DNA of 64,000 bases, taken from the NCBI GenBank assembly GCA_031386985.1, contig JANNCV010000005.1, forward strand, positions 2,049 to 66,048, written 5' to 3'. The notes below the pieces were generated by a model. That model was not told where the DNA came from and made no database searches. It worked only from the letters and a program-made list of their open reading frames with translations. This DNA comes from Armatimonadota bacterium. GTDB taxonomy: Bacteria > Armatimonadota > Fimbriimonadia > Fimbriimonadales > Fimbriimonadaceae. Within the stretch, counting starts at the first letter, position 1. Every line of letters starts with the position of its first letter. The translations under genes and the position numbers were made by a program. Shown here piece by piece: positions 37,180-45,422 of the stretch.

Positions 37180-38739
37180 ATGAGAAAATTCATTTACCTA
37201 ACACTAGCAAGCCTTAGTGCGCTTGCGCCTTGTCAAAACGTGAAAATGGAATGGGTCAAAGAAGAATCCTATGGCAAATCCACTCTTCCACAATATGCCA
37301 CCGGCTTAGATGATGCCAGTTTCGCCGTCCTGTCCGAAGTCACCCGATTTGGTCGGACCGATGGGATTTTGTGCAACTACGGCATGGATGGCACAACTAA
37401 CTGGGTTAAGACCCTTTGGAATACCAATCAGTTCAAAGCTGTCGCACTACTAAAGGGCGATAACGGCGATGTTTACGTCGTCGGAAGCGTCGGGGCAACG
37501 GGAAGTGAAGACACCTATGTCGCCCGAGTTGCTGCCAGCGGTGCCACCATTTGGGCTAAGCGATGGAATCAAAGCGTTGAGAACCGATCTGATTATCCGA
37601 TGGGTGCTTCGCTTGACGCAATGGGAAATGTTTATGTAACTGGGTCAGTTCATCAACAGTCCAGCAAGGTCAGCGATCTTAAGACTGCCTTCATCTCCAA
37701 GATTTCTATGGATGGAGGTCTCGCCTATACAAAAACGTATTCGGGCGGAGATGCGAACTACGAGGGTTCTGAGGTCTCGGTGAACGCCGCTGGCCACGTT
37801 GCGGTCTGCGTTCAAAACACCCATGACTTGGTGTGGAAGTTGAACACGCAGGGCGGAACTGTATGGATCAAAACTCCGATCATCATTTCGGATTGCCAAG
37901 CCATCTTGATGGACAACTCAGGCAACATCTTCCTCGGTGGAACTCGCCTGAACTCAGCAACCGACGGAGCTCCGGCTGTTCAAAAGCTCGATACCAACGG
38001 CGACCTTTTGTGGACCCGGTGGACGAACTTTGGCAGCGACGTTGATGCAATTGACCATGTTAACTCCTTGCATTTAGACGCGTTTAGCAATCTCTATGCA
38101 ACCGGAACAGCAACGTCACTAAAGGGAACCGATTCCATGCTCCTCAAATATGCGCAGAATGGCGAGACCCTCGGCACGCGACTGAATAACTCACAAGGCA
38201 GCAACAATGACACATCTACATGTGTAACCATTGGGTTGAACAATGAAATGTATCTCACCGGAGCGGTATCCAATGCGAAGAGCAGCGGTTTCTTCGCTTC
38301 CCGCCTGGATTCTGACTCATACTTCAACTGGAACCGAAACTCCTTGTTGATTCCCGGGGTTTACAATGATTATAAGGGCAGTGCCTTCAGCCCCCAAAGC
38401 GGCCAGCTGATGGTTATGATGTACAACGCTGATAGCGGGAATACCTTGCTTCAAGTTATGTCGCAAACTGCAATCGCCAAAGCCGACGCCTATAAGATGC
38501 TCCTGACCAGCGGGTCAATGCATGGCAGCTCGGTGCTGAATAACGACGTCTACGCGGCAGATGGCTCGGCTCTGTTAGTTAGCACAACTACGAGGGGAAC
38601 CCTTACACTTTATGCCGATGGCACGTTTGATTACATGCCCGACACCAAGTTTACGGGAACTGACACCTTCACTTACCGGATCACCAAGCCCGGACTTGAT
38701 TCGTCCTTCCTCGCTACTGTAACAATCAACGTTCAGTAA
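37180..38739 (+). CDS. secreted beta-propeller-repeat (SBBP-like) protein with C-terminal cadherin/Ig-like domain
   Basis: It has a signal peptide 'MRKFIYLTLASLSALAPCQ', recurring '(D/N)..GN(V/I)Y(V/L)(T/V)G' blades, and a C-terminal 'VLNNDVYAADGSALLVSTTTRGTLTLYADGTFDYMPDTKFTGTDTFTYRI'. Confidence 0.7.
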   Translation: MRKFIYLTLASLSALAPCQNVKMEWVKEESYGKSTLPQYATGLDDASFAVLSEVTRFGRTDGILCNYGMDGTTNWVKTLWNTNQFKAVALLKGDNGDVYVVGSVGATGSEDTYVARVAASGATIWAKRWNQSVENRSDYPMGASLDAMGNVYVTGSVHQQSSKVSDLKTAFISKISMDGGLAYTKTYSGGDANYEGSEVSVNAAGHVAVCVQNTHDLVWKLNTQGGTVWIKTPIIISDCQAILMDNSGNIFLGGTRLNSATDGAPAVQKLDTNGDLLWTRWTNFGSDVDAIDHVNSLHLDAFSNLYATGTATSLKGTDSMLLKYAQNGETLGTRLNNSQGSNNDTSTCVTIGLNNEMYLTGAVSNAKSSGFFASRLDSDSYFNWNRNSLLIPGVYNDYKGSAFSPQSGQLMVMMYNADSGNTLLQVMSQTAIAKADAYKMLLTSGSMHGSSVLNNDVYAADGSALLVSTTTRGTLTLYADGTFDYMPDTKFTGTDTFTYRITKPGLDSSFLATVTINVQ

Positions 38740-38767
38740 GCTAGCGGCGGTATCCACTGCCAATCTA

Positions 38768-38800
38768 AGCGGGCCCCTTTCATTGTAAAAGGGGCCCGCT
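38768..38800. terminator. hairpin terminator between convergent genes
   Basis: The hairpin is AGCGGGCCCCTTT-CATTGT-AAAAGGGGCCCGCT. The T-tract is weak (CTGTT). Confidence 0.6.
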
Positions 38801-38818
38801 CTGTTCGGTGCTCGGTAG

Positions 38819-39220
38819 CTATGCTTTGCTGTCATCCAAAGCCGGAACGTCCGGCTCTGCGGAAACGGGAGGGTGCGGCTTGCCTGATTGCGCCGCCGCC
38901 TGTATTAAATGTATCAAACCTGCCCCGCCATCATCGGCGTGAATCACTGAATGCGCCGCTGGATGGCTCGCGTGGTCTTCGTGCGAGGAGATCAAAATAA
39001 CCTTCAAAAGGCCAGCAGCACGCACTTCGCCAAGCGTAATCCATTCATCCGCCTCCAAGCCTTCGGCCGATACTACCAAAACGCCGCGCTCCGAAATGAG
39101 TGAAACGGCTTCAGCCAAAGACTCGGCTCCGCCCGCCACTTGTAAGGATGCGCCGTTGCACAAAACACTAACCAATCCCTCACGGATTACTTCGTCTCGA
39201 CAAGCAACTGCGATCTCCAT
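38819..39220 (-). CDS. degenerate response-regulator receiver-like protein
   Basis: 'MEIAVACRDEVIREGLVSVL...LQVAGGAESLAEAVSLISERGVLVVSAEGL' is collinear with NarL-type receivers, but the acidic pocket and phospho-Asp positions are substituted. The start is placed at the ATG at 39220, because the longer ORF runs into the 105-bp repeats. Confidence 0.45.
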   Translation of the reverse strand: MEIAVACRDEVIREGLVSVLCNGASLQVAGGAESLAEAVSLISERGVLVVSAEGLEADEWITLGEVRAAGLLKVILISSHEDHASHPAAHSVIHADDGGAGLIHLIQAAAQSGKPHPPVSAEPDVPALDDSKA

Positions 39221-39265
39221 GCTGTAATTATGCCTCAAATCCAGTGCCACCGCATGCGGCCCGAA

Positions 39266-39370
39266 CTCCCTTCTCCCTGTTTCAGGTAGAAGGGCTGGGG
39301 ATGAGGGTGCGTGTTGGAAGGCCATGATTGTAAGCGAGCCAACGTTTCCAAATCACCCGGAACCCTCACC
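39266..39370 (+). repeat. 105-bp intergenic repeat, copy A (contains hairpin CCCTTCT..CTG-TTTC-CAG..AGAAGGG)
   Basis: It is a near-identical direct repeat of 39425..39530. Confidence 0.85.
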
Positions 39371-39424
39371 CCCCTACCCCCTCTCCCTTTGGCACAGACA
39401 TCCAAAAGGAGAGGGGGATTCTGC

Positions 39425-39530
39425 CTCCCTTCTCCCTGTTTCAGGGAGAAGAGCTGGGGATGAGGGTGCGCGTTGGAAGACCATGATTTGCAAGCGAGCC
39501 AACGTTTCCAAATCATCCGGAACCCTCACC
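39425..39530 (+). repeat. 105-bp intergenic repeat, copy B (hairpin CTTCTCCCT-GTTTC-AGGGAGAAG)
   Basis: It is a direct repeat 159 bp downstream of copy A. A third hairpin, CCCCTCTCCCTTTGG-9nt-CCAAAAGGAGAGGGG, lies between the copies (39377-39417). Confidence 0.85.
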
Positions 39531-39619
39531 GCTGGGCGACAATCCGGCACAATTACCAGTCCACACTCGGAGAAACCCTGCTAAACTGCTTGTGGGAAAC
39601 TATCTCAGTTGAATTTATC

Positions 39620-40231
39620 ATGAAACAAATCATCCTCACCCTAACCCTTGCTGGCGCTACATTAAGCGGTGCGCAAACTCTTACGACCCTGCCTCCGAAC
39701 AACGGCTCCGGTGGGATCTTCTTCGACCTAACCCCGGCTTCGAGTGCACTCAGCTTTAACTCGTTTGCAACGTACTTCTCCTCCGTCGCCAGCACGGCCG
39801 TCTCGGTGCAGGTTTATACGCGCCCTGGGTCGTATGTTGGATTTCAAACCGGTTCGGCCGGATGGACACTTTCCGAAACCGTTGCGGGATTTTCCGCCGG
39901 TGGAACCGTAAAGTCGGCTCCCCTGGTGCTCACCAGCCCCATTATCTTGGGGGCGGGAACCACCACCGGAATCTATCTCCACTCCATCACCACCGGCGGC
40001 GGAATCCGCTATCAAGGCACCGGCACAACCGCGACGACCTCCTTTAGCAACGCCGATATCACCTTGTTCAGCGCCCATTCGCGAACCGGGGCGGTGGCCT
40101 TCGCAGGCACACTCTTCACCCCTCGCGCTTTCTCGGGTGATATTAACTACACCGCAGTCCCCGAGCCCGCAACCCTGGCCGCGCTTGGACTAGGCGTCGC
40201 CGCGCTACTGCGACGTCGCCGCAAGGCATAA
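39620..40231 (+). CDS. PEP-CTERM sorting-domain secreted protein
   Basis: It has a signal peptide 'MKQIILTLTLAGATLSGAQ' and a C-terminal 'VPEPATLAALGLGVAALLRRRRKA' (PEP motif + TM + basic tail). Confidence 0.85.
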   Translation: MKQIILTLTLAGATLSGAQTLTTLPPNNGSGGIFFDLTPASSALSFNSFATYFSSVASTAVSVQVYTRPGSYVGFQTGSAGWTLSETVAGFSAGGTVKSAPLVLTSPIILGAGTTTGIYLHSITTGGGIRYQGTGTTATTSFSNADITLFSAHSRTGAVAFAGTLFTPRAFSGDINYTAVPEPATLAALGLGVAALLRRRRKA

Positions 40232-40255
40232 GCGGATCGCGACGTACGCGATAAA

Positions 40256-40289
40256 GGCCCTCGCTCTAATGAGCGGGGGCCCACTTTTT
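40256..40289 (+). terminator. rho-independent terminator
   Basis: The hairpin is GGCCCTCGCTC-TAAT-GAGCGGGGGCC followed by CACTTTTT. Confidence 0.75.
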
Positions 40290-40400
40290 CGCAGACTATG
40301 CCGCTTGCGGCAGAGATTGGGAGCCGAACACGATGATCACGGGTTCGCAACCGGGAGTGCTCATCGTGCCGCGGTGCGAGCGGACCATCTAGGTCGCGTT

Positions 40401-41954
40401 CTACTTCGCCTTCGGCTTGATTACCTTCTTCGCCCGCTCCGGATCGTAGTTCATCCCGCGCTCGGGGCCGAGGCCGTAGAACTCGGGGTGTTGGTAGGTG
40501 CCACGTTCGAGGCCTTCCTTATCCACCTCCACGGGCGCGCCGCGCTTTTGAACCCACAAGTCGTTGCGTACCGCCTTGACCTCCCACGAGACCTTGACGG
40601 ACGGCTTGTTCGTGCGGATGACGAAACGGTTGTTGCGGACTTCCCGAACCACCTTCGCCAGCACGAAGTCGTCACTGTCGTCAATCACGGTGAGTGTGTA
40701 CCTCGGGTCTTTGTTGATCTCCTCGAAGTAGTCGGGGAGCGCGATGGTGGCGTAGCCCCTAGCGTCGGTGACCACGTTGCCGTTGTACACGTTCTGGGGC
40801 TCCGGCCCTTCGTGGGAGTAGTGGAGCAGGTACTTGTTCTCGGGGTCGAACGGATGGTCAATGCGGAATGTTTTTGTGCCGGAAGCACCGGAGCGGCCGA
40901 AAGCGTAGAGCCCATAGCCAGCACTTTGGGCTGTGCCTACCACGCCGAAGGTAGGGCCGCTGGCGGTGGCAAAGCCGTCGACGCCGCGCCCGCTCGGGCT
41001 GTTGCTCACGCCCGCAAGCCCTACGGTGACGCCGCTGGCGGCGGTGGCATGGCCCAGAACACCGATGCCGGACGAGCTGTCACTCCGCCCATACATGCCG
41101 TAGGTGGTGCCGCTGGAGGCAGGGGCCCAGCCATAGACGCCGGTCCCGCCCGTGCTGTAGCTCTGGCCGTACACACCGTAGCTGATGCCGCTGGTGGCGC
41201 CGGCCAGGCCGAGGACGCCAAGCCCGGACGTGCTAGAGCTCAGGCCGTACACACCGTAGGAGGAGCCCGTGCTGGCGGTAGCATAGCCGAGGACGCCATA
41301 GGAGCCGCCAGCCGTGGACGCGTTCTCGCCCCGGATGATGTGGGTGGCACTTGTTCCGCTGAGGGTCAGTGGGACAGGGATGGACTGCAAGAAAGCGGTG
41401 CTGTCCAAGCCGTCGAGCAGATTGGCGTTGACCCCGGTCAAGCCCGATCCGTTGCCCGAGAACACTCCCGTCGCAGAAACGTTGCCTTCGCCGAAAAGAG
41501 CGAATCCCCCTGGACTAAGATTTCGGCCATAGACCCCGTAGTTGAGGCCGGTCGTCGCATTCGATGACCCTTGGATTCCCTTTCCCGTCGGGCTGTTCGT
41601 GGTGAAAAACCCTCCCACCGTAAACCCGCTCGTGGCAACGGCGATTCCGGCGATGCCTCTTCCGGTCGTGCTGAACGATTGGAAGAGACCGCCGTAAGTT
41701 ACGCCGGAGGTAGCCGACGCATTCCCCAATACGCCGCGCCCGGATGTGCTCGCAGAGCGGAAGTCTCCGCCGAAAGCAATGCCAGTCGGCGTGCTTGAGT
41801 AGCCAACCATGATCCCCGCCTTCGCGGTGCCGGTTATATTCGAGTGCCCGGTCTGTGGAGTCCCGGGGGTTGTGGCTTGGAGGTTGACGGAGCCTTGGAA
41901 GGCAACGCCCGCGCCGACGACAGCGGTGGCGGCGAGTAAGAGTGATTTTTTCAT
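40401..41954 (-). CDS. secreted Gly-rich repeat (beta-solenoid/tail-fibre-like) protein, family member 1, with conserved 'FRIDHPFDPENKY' C-terminal domain
   Basis: It has a signal peptide 'MKKSLLLAATAVVGAGVAFQ', repeats of about 19-20 aa of type 'G.A.ATSG.TYGG.F.S.S..GRGV', 'GNGSGLTGVNANLLDG', and a C-terminal 'FRIDHPFDPENKYLLHYSHEGPEPQNVYNGNVVTDARGYATIALPDYFEEIN'. The SD is GAGGAAC. Confidence 0.8.
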   Translation of the reverse strand: MKKSLLLAATAVVGAGVAFQGSVNLQATTPGTPQTGHSNITGTAKAGIMVGYSSTPTGIAFGGDFRSASTSGRGVLGNASATSGVTYGGLFQSFSTTGRGIAGIAVATSGFTVGGFFTTNSPTGKGIQGSSNATTGLNYGVYGRNLSPGGFALFGEGNVSATGVFSGNGSGLTGVNANLLDGLDSTAFLQSIPVPLTLSGTSATHIIRGENASTAGGSYGVLGYATASTGSSYGVYGLSSSTSGLGVLGLAGATSGISYGVYGQSYSTGGTGVYGWAPASSGTTYGMYGRSDSSSGIGVLGHATAASGVTVGLAGVSNSPSGRGVDGFATASGPTFGVVGTAQSAGYGLYAFGRSGASGTKTFRIDHPFDPENKYLLHYSHEGPEPQNVYNGNVVTDARGYATIALPDYFEEINKDPRYTLTVIDDSDDFVLAKVVREVRNNRFVIRTNKPSVKVSWEVKAVRNDLWVQKRGAPVEVDKEGLERGTYQHPEFYGLGPERGMNYDPERAKKVIKPKAK

Positions 41955-42011
41955 AAGTTCCTCTGTGGAACTTGTATCTTATCACAGCTTTGGCGTAAAT
42001 GAAGCTGAATA

Positions 42012-42040
42012 AAGCAAAAACCCCGCTTAGGAGGCGGGGT
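42012..42040 (-). terminator. rho-independent terminator of family member 2
   Basis: The minus strand reads CCCCGC-CTCCTAA-GCGGGG followed by TTTTTGCTTT. Confidence 0.75.
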
Positions 42041-42062
42041 GTTTGTCGTTGTTAGGGGGCGG

Positions 42063-44051
42063 CTACTTTGCCTTCGGCTTGATCGGCCTCTTCTCCCGCT
42101 GCGGATCGTAGTTCATTCCGCGCTCTGGGCCGAGGTTGTAGAGCTCGGGATGTTGGTATTTGCCTTTCTCAACCCCCTGCTTGTCTTCCACCTCCTTTGG
42201 CGGATTCCGGCGAACCCACAGATCGTTGCGGTCGGCATCAACTCGCCACGAAACCTCGACCTTTGGAGCGCTGGTTCGAATCAAGAAGCGGCCATCCTTG
42301 ATCTTCAGTGCAACTTTTGCAATCACAAAGTCATCCGTGTTCTTGCCATCCACCACCGTCAGTTGGTATTTGAAGTTCGCGTTGATCTCGGCAAAGTAAT
42401 CGGGAAGCTCCACCCAGGCGTAGCCCTTGGCGTCGGTAACCACATTCCCAACATAGAAGTTCTGGGGCACCGGGCTCTCGGTTGCGTAGTGGAGGAGATA
42501 CTTGTTCTCGGGATCGAACGGGTGGTCGATGCGGAAGGCTTTGATCGACGCCCCGATCCGCCCAGTGGCAAAGATGCCCCACCCGCTCGGGCTGACGCTC
42601 TGCCCCAACACGCCGTAAGTCGGGCCGCTGCCGGCACCGGCATAGCCGGAGACCGCGCGCCCGGACGTACTGAGGCTATCAAAGCGGCCGCCGTAAGTGA
42701 TGCCGCTGCTGGCGGAAACACCGTAGACGCCTGCGGCACCCTCGGACGTGCTGGAAGTTGTGCCTTGGACGCCGAAGGTGATGCCGGTGGAGGCGGAGGC
42801 CCAGCCGTGGACGCCGCGCCCGTCCGTGCCGGAAGCGGTGCCACGAACGCCTAAGCCGAACTCACCGGTCGCTGTGCCTATCACTCCATCGTAGCCGTTG
42901 CCTAGGACGCCGACGAAGCCACCGCTACCGTAAACCCCGGTTCCAGAGCTGCTGTTGCTCTGGCCGTACACGCCGCGCCCGGTTGAGCTGCTGCCGTAGA
43001 CGCCCGCCCCTTCCGGGCTGACACCCCGGCCTTGCACGCCGTAGTTGGCGCCGGTGTTCGCGATGGACTCGCCGTAGACACCGCGCCCGGACGGGCTGAC
43101 ACTCAGGCCGTACACGCCGGAGGTGAAACCGCTTCCGGCGCCGGCCTGGCCGTAAACGCCGCGCCCGGAATCGCTGTAACTCTCCCCATACACACCGTTG
43201 GTGACGCCGGTGCCAGCACGGACCTCGCCGAAGACGCCGCGCCCTTCCGTGCTGTCGCTCCGGCCGAACACGCCGTTGGTCACGCCCGCGCCACTAGAGG
43301 TGACCCCGACCACGCCGCTCCCATCCGGGCTCTGGGTCCGGCCGAGCACCCCGAAGACCTCTCCGCTGGCGGCGGTGGACTGGCCGGAGATGCCGACGGC
43401 GCCAGGGAACGCCGAGGCGTTCACCCCGCTGATGATGTGGGTGTCACTCGTCCCGCTGAGCGTGAGCGGCACGGGGATGGACTGCAGGAACGCGGACGAA
43501 CTGAGTCCGCCCAGCAGAGCGGCGTTCACGCTTGTCAGCCCTGACCCGTTGCCCGAAATGACCCCGCTCGCCGCCATGTTGCCGTCGGAGAAAACGCCAT
43601 AACCACTAGGACTGGTGGCCCTACCATAAACGCCGTAAGTTGTTCCAGACGCGGCGGTGGCTTGACCGTAAACTCCAAAACCCGCAACGCTAAGGCTTGA
43701 GAAGAATCCGCCGTAAGTGTTACCCGTCGCATTCTGAGCAATCCCCGCGACGCCTCTTCCGGCGTTGCTAAAGGATTGGAACAATCCGCCGTAGGTTGCA
43801 CCCGTGGTTGCGGACGCATTCCCCAATACGCCGCGCCCGGATGTGCTCGCAGAGCGGAAGTCCCCGCCAAAGGCGATACCGGTGGGCGTACTTGAATATC
43901 CAACCATGATCCCCGCCTTCGCGGTGCCCGTGACATTCAAGTGCCCGGTCTGGGGAGTCCCGGGGGTGGTGGGTTGTAGGTTGACTGAGCCTTGGAAGGC
44001 AACGCCCGCGCCGACGACGGCGGTGGCGGCGAGTAAGAGTGATTTTTTCAT
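42063..44051 (-). CDS. secreted Gly-rich repeat tail-fibre-like protein, family member 2
   Basis: Its first ~100 codons and 5' leader are nearly identical to member 1. It has a longer repeat region and the same C-terminal domain 'FRIDHPFDPENKYLLHYATESPVPQNFYVGNVVTDAKGYAWVELPDYFAEIN'. Confidence 0.8.
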   Translation of the reverse strand: MKKSLLLAATAVVGAGVAFQGSVNLQPTTPGTPQTGHLNVTGTAKAGIMVGYSSTPTGIAFGGDFRSASTSGRGVLGNASATTGATYGGLFQSFSNAGRGVAGIAQNATGNTYGGFFSSLSVAGFGVYGQATAASGTTYGVYGRATSPSGYGVFSDGNMAASGVISGNGSGLTSVNAALLGGLSSSAFLQSIPVPLTLSGTSDTHIISGVNASAFPGAVGISGQSTAASGEVFGVLGRTQSPDGSGVVGVTSSGAGVTNGVFGRSDSTEGRGVFGEVRAGTGVTNGVYGESYSDSGRGVYGQAGAGSGFTSGVYGLSVSPSGRGVYGESIANTGANYGVQGRGVSPEGAGVYGSSSTGRGVYGQSNSSSGTGVYGSGGFVGVLGNGYDGVIGTATGEFGLGVRGTASGTDGRGVHGWASASTGITFGVQGTTSSTSEGAAGVYGVSASSGITYGGRFDSLSTSGRAVSGYAGAGSGPTYGVLGQSVSPSGWGIFATGRIGASIKAFRIDHPFDPENKYLLHYATESPVPQNFYVGNVVTDAKGYAWVELPDYFAEINANFKYQLTVVDGKNTDDFVIAKVALKIKDGRFLIRTSAPKVEVSWRVDADRNDLWVRRNPPKEVEDKQGVEKGKYQHPELYNLGPERGMNYDPQREKRPIKPKAK

Positions 44052-44232
44052 TAGTTCCTCGGTGGAACTTGTATCTTATCACACGTTTGGCTAATGAGCG
44101 AAGACATTCGGCGCAGAGGGCGGGTTCTGGGAACAATCGAAGCTCGTTGGCTGTCACACGTCCGGGCCAAAGGCACCTCTCCCGTTCCGGCGGTCCAACC
44201 TAACGGCTTCTAGCCAACCGTCCGAGCTCAAA

Positions 44233-44263
44233 ACAAATAAAAAAACCCCGCCGGTGGGCGGGG
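44233..44263 (-). terminator. rho-independent terminator of 44300..44935
   Basis: The minus strand reads CCCCGCC-CACC-GGCGGGG followed by TTTTTTTATTTG. Confidence 0.85.
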
Positions 44264-44299
44264 AGGGGAGTTCCTCTATCTCGGGATAGAAGAGCGTTG

Positions 44300-44935
44300 C
44301 TAGGCTGCTTGCGACATGTTCTGCGTGCCGAACACGATGAGTACGGGCTCGGAGCCTTGCGAAACTTGGTCGCCGCGTTGCGAGCGGACCATGTAGGTGG
44401 CGCTGGTGGTGCCCGCCGTTAGCGTTCCATCAATGAACTGCTTCTTCGCCGTCGAACCGATTTGCGTCCAAGCTTGGGTGGAAAGCCTTCGCCATACGGT
44501 GAAGAACTGGGCATTTCGAACGGTGCCCTTCCAAGTGATCTGGATGGTGCCGTCGTTGCGCAAATGGGCGGCTACGTCGGTAACATCGGTAGGGGGACCG
44601 GCGGGGCTGGGCAGAGCGGGTGAAGGAATCTCGGCCAGAGCATAAATCTCGGTCGGATCATCATTCGACTCAGCCTTAGCCTTAATGGCGGCCAAGCACT
44701 CGGCCGAGACCGCTCGGAAAGTTGCCCAAGCTGAATCCGAGAGTTCGAATTTCGCTCTGGCGACGTTTCGAGCCGCATTGGCCGTGTTGATGGATGCATT
44801 GAGGGCGTTAGCTGCGGCAATATAAGCCGTAGATTGCGCCGCCGACATACCAATCGGGGCCGGGGTCGAAAAGGGCGTCAAGTGTGCTTGTCCCCAAGCG
44901 TTGGCGCCATTTTTTGTATTTGGTACGATTCCCAT
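44300..44935 (-). CDS. hypothetical protein with C-terminal fibronectin-III-like domain
   Basis: The ATG at 44935 lies 6 nt after GGAGGTG. 'PPTDVTDVAAHLRNDGTIQITWKGT..NAQFFTVWRR...YMVRSQRGDQVSQGSEPV' looks like FN3. The N-terminal part is Ala-rich helical. Confidence 0.65.
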   Translation of the reverse strand: MGIVPNTKNGANAWGQAHLTPFSTPAPIGMSAAQSTAYIAAANALNASINTANAARNVARAKFELSDSAWATFRAVSAECLAAIKAKAESNDDPTEIYALAEIPSPALPSPAGPPTDVTDVAAHLRNDGTIQITWKGTVRNAQFFTVWRRLSTQAWTQIGSTAKKQFIDGTLTAGTTSATYMVRSQRGDQVSQGSEPVLIVFGTQNMSQAA

Positions 44936-45081
44936 GAGATCACCTCCGTGGGGCCTCAGCGCTGTTCTTTTCCTTTTCACGATTGAAAGAAGACGACTTC
45001 GATCTGCGACATTAAAGTTATCGGCTATCCCGGTAATTTTCTTAGGGTATTTCTAAGAAAAGTGCCGCTCAGACTCTAAAT

Positions 45082-45291
45082 TATTCGAATCGGGCTCTCT
45101 GCGATTCGCGAAATTGTTTGTGTGATTCGAATAATTGTCCCCGCGATTCGCGAAACTGTCTGTGCGATTCGAATAATTGTCAGCGCGATCCGAATCATAA
45201 CTCTTGTGATTCGCGAAATTGTTACGACGATTCGACTCATAACCCGTGCGATTCCCGAAATTGTCTGTCCGATTAGCGAAACACTCAATCA
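45082..45291. repeat. tandem array of ten 21-bp units, each with a palindromic core (ATTCGCGAAAT / ATTCGAAT)
   Basis: The units read ATTCGAATCGGGCTCTCTGCG, ATTCGCGAAATTGTTTGTGTG, ATTCGAATAATTGTCCCCGCG, ATTCGCGAAACTGTCTGTGCG, ATTCGAATAATTGTCAGCGCG, ATCCGAATCATAACTCTTGTG, ATTCGCGAAATTGTTACGACG, ATTCGACTCATAACCCGTGCG, ATTCCCGAAATTGTCTGTCCG and ATTAGCGAAACACTCAATCAG. Confidence 0.9.
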
Positions 45292-45422
45292 GCAGGTGTA
45301 AACCTAAAGCCCGACGATGAATACAACAGCGCCACACACCCAGGGGGATTGTATGGCACGAAGTGCGCGTAGCTAGCTCAAAGTCGGCAGGAGAGCGTAT
45401 GGCGCGAGGACGCGTAGCTGCC

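Noticed and set aside
39235-39584. These are overlapping ORFs on both strands (93 aa minus, 86 aa plus) in the 39.2-39.6 kb intergenic region.
   Set aside because: They are composed of the 105-bp direct repeats and hairpins. Their translations are Pro/Gly/His-rich repeat artefacts.
40269-41567. This is a 432-aa plus-strand ORF. Similar long plus-strand ORFs occur at 42039..42854, 43032..43544, 47686..48336 and 50804..51232, all antisense to the Gly-rich genes.
   Set aside because: These are mirror ORFs typical of GC-rich repetitive coding DNA. Their translations are Ala/Gly/Arg/Val low-complexity with no start context. The minus-strand frames have signal peptides, SD sequences, conserved domains and terminators.
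45082-45291. I considered whether the 21-bp arrays are a CRISPR array.
   Set aside because: The units are contiguous with no unique spacers, the repeats are too short and too degenerate, and there are no cas genes in the window.
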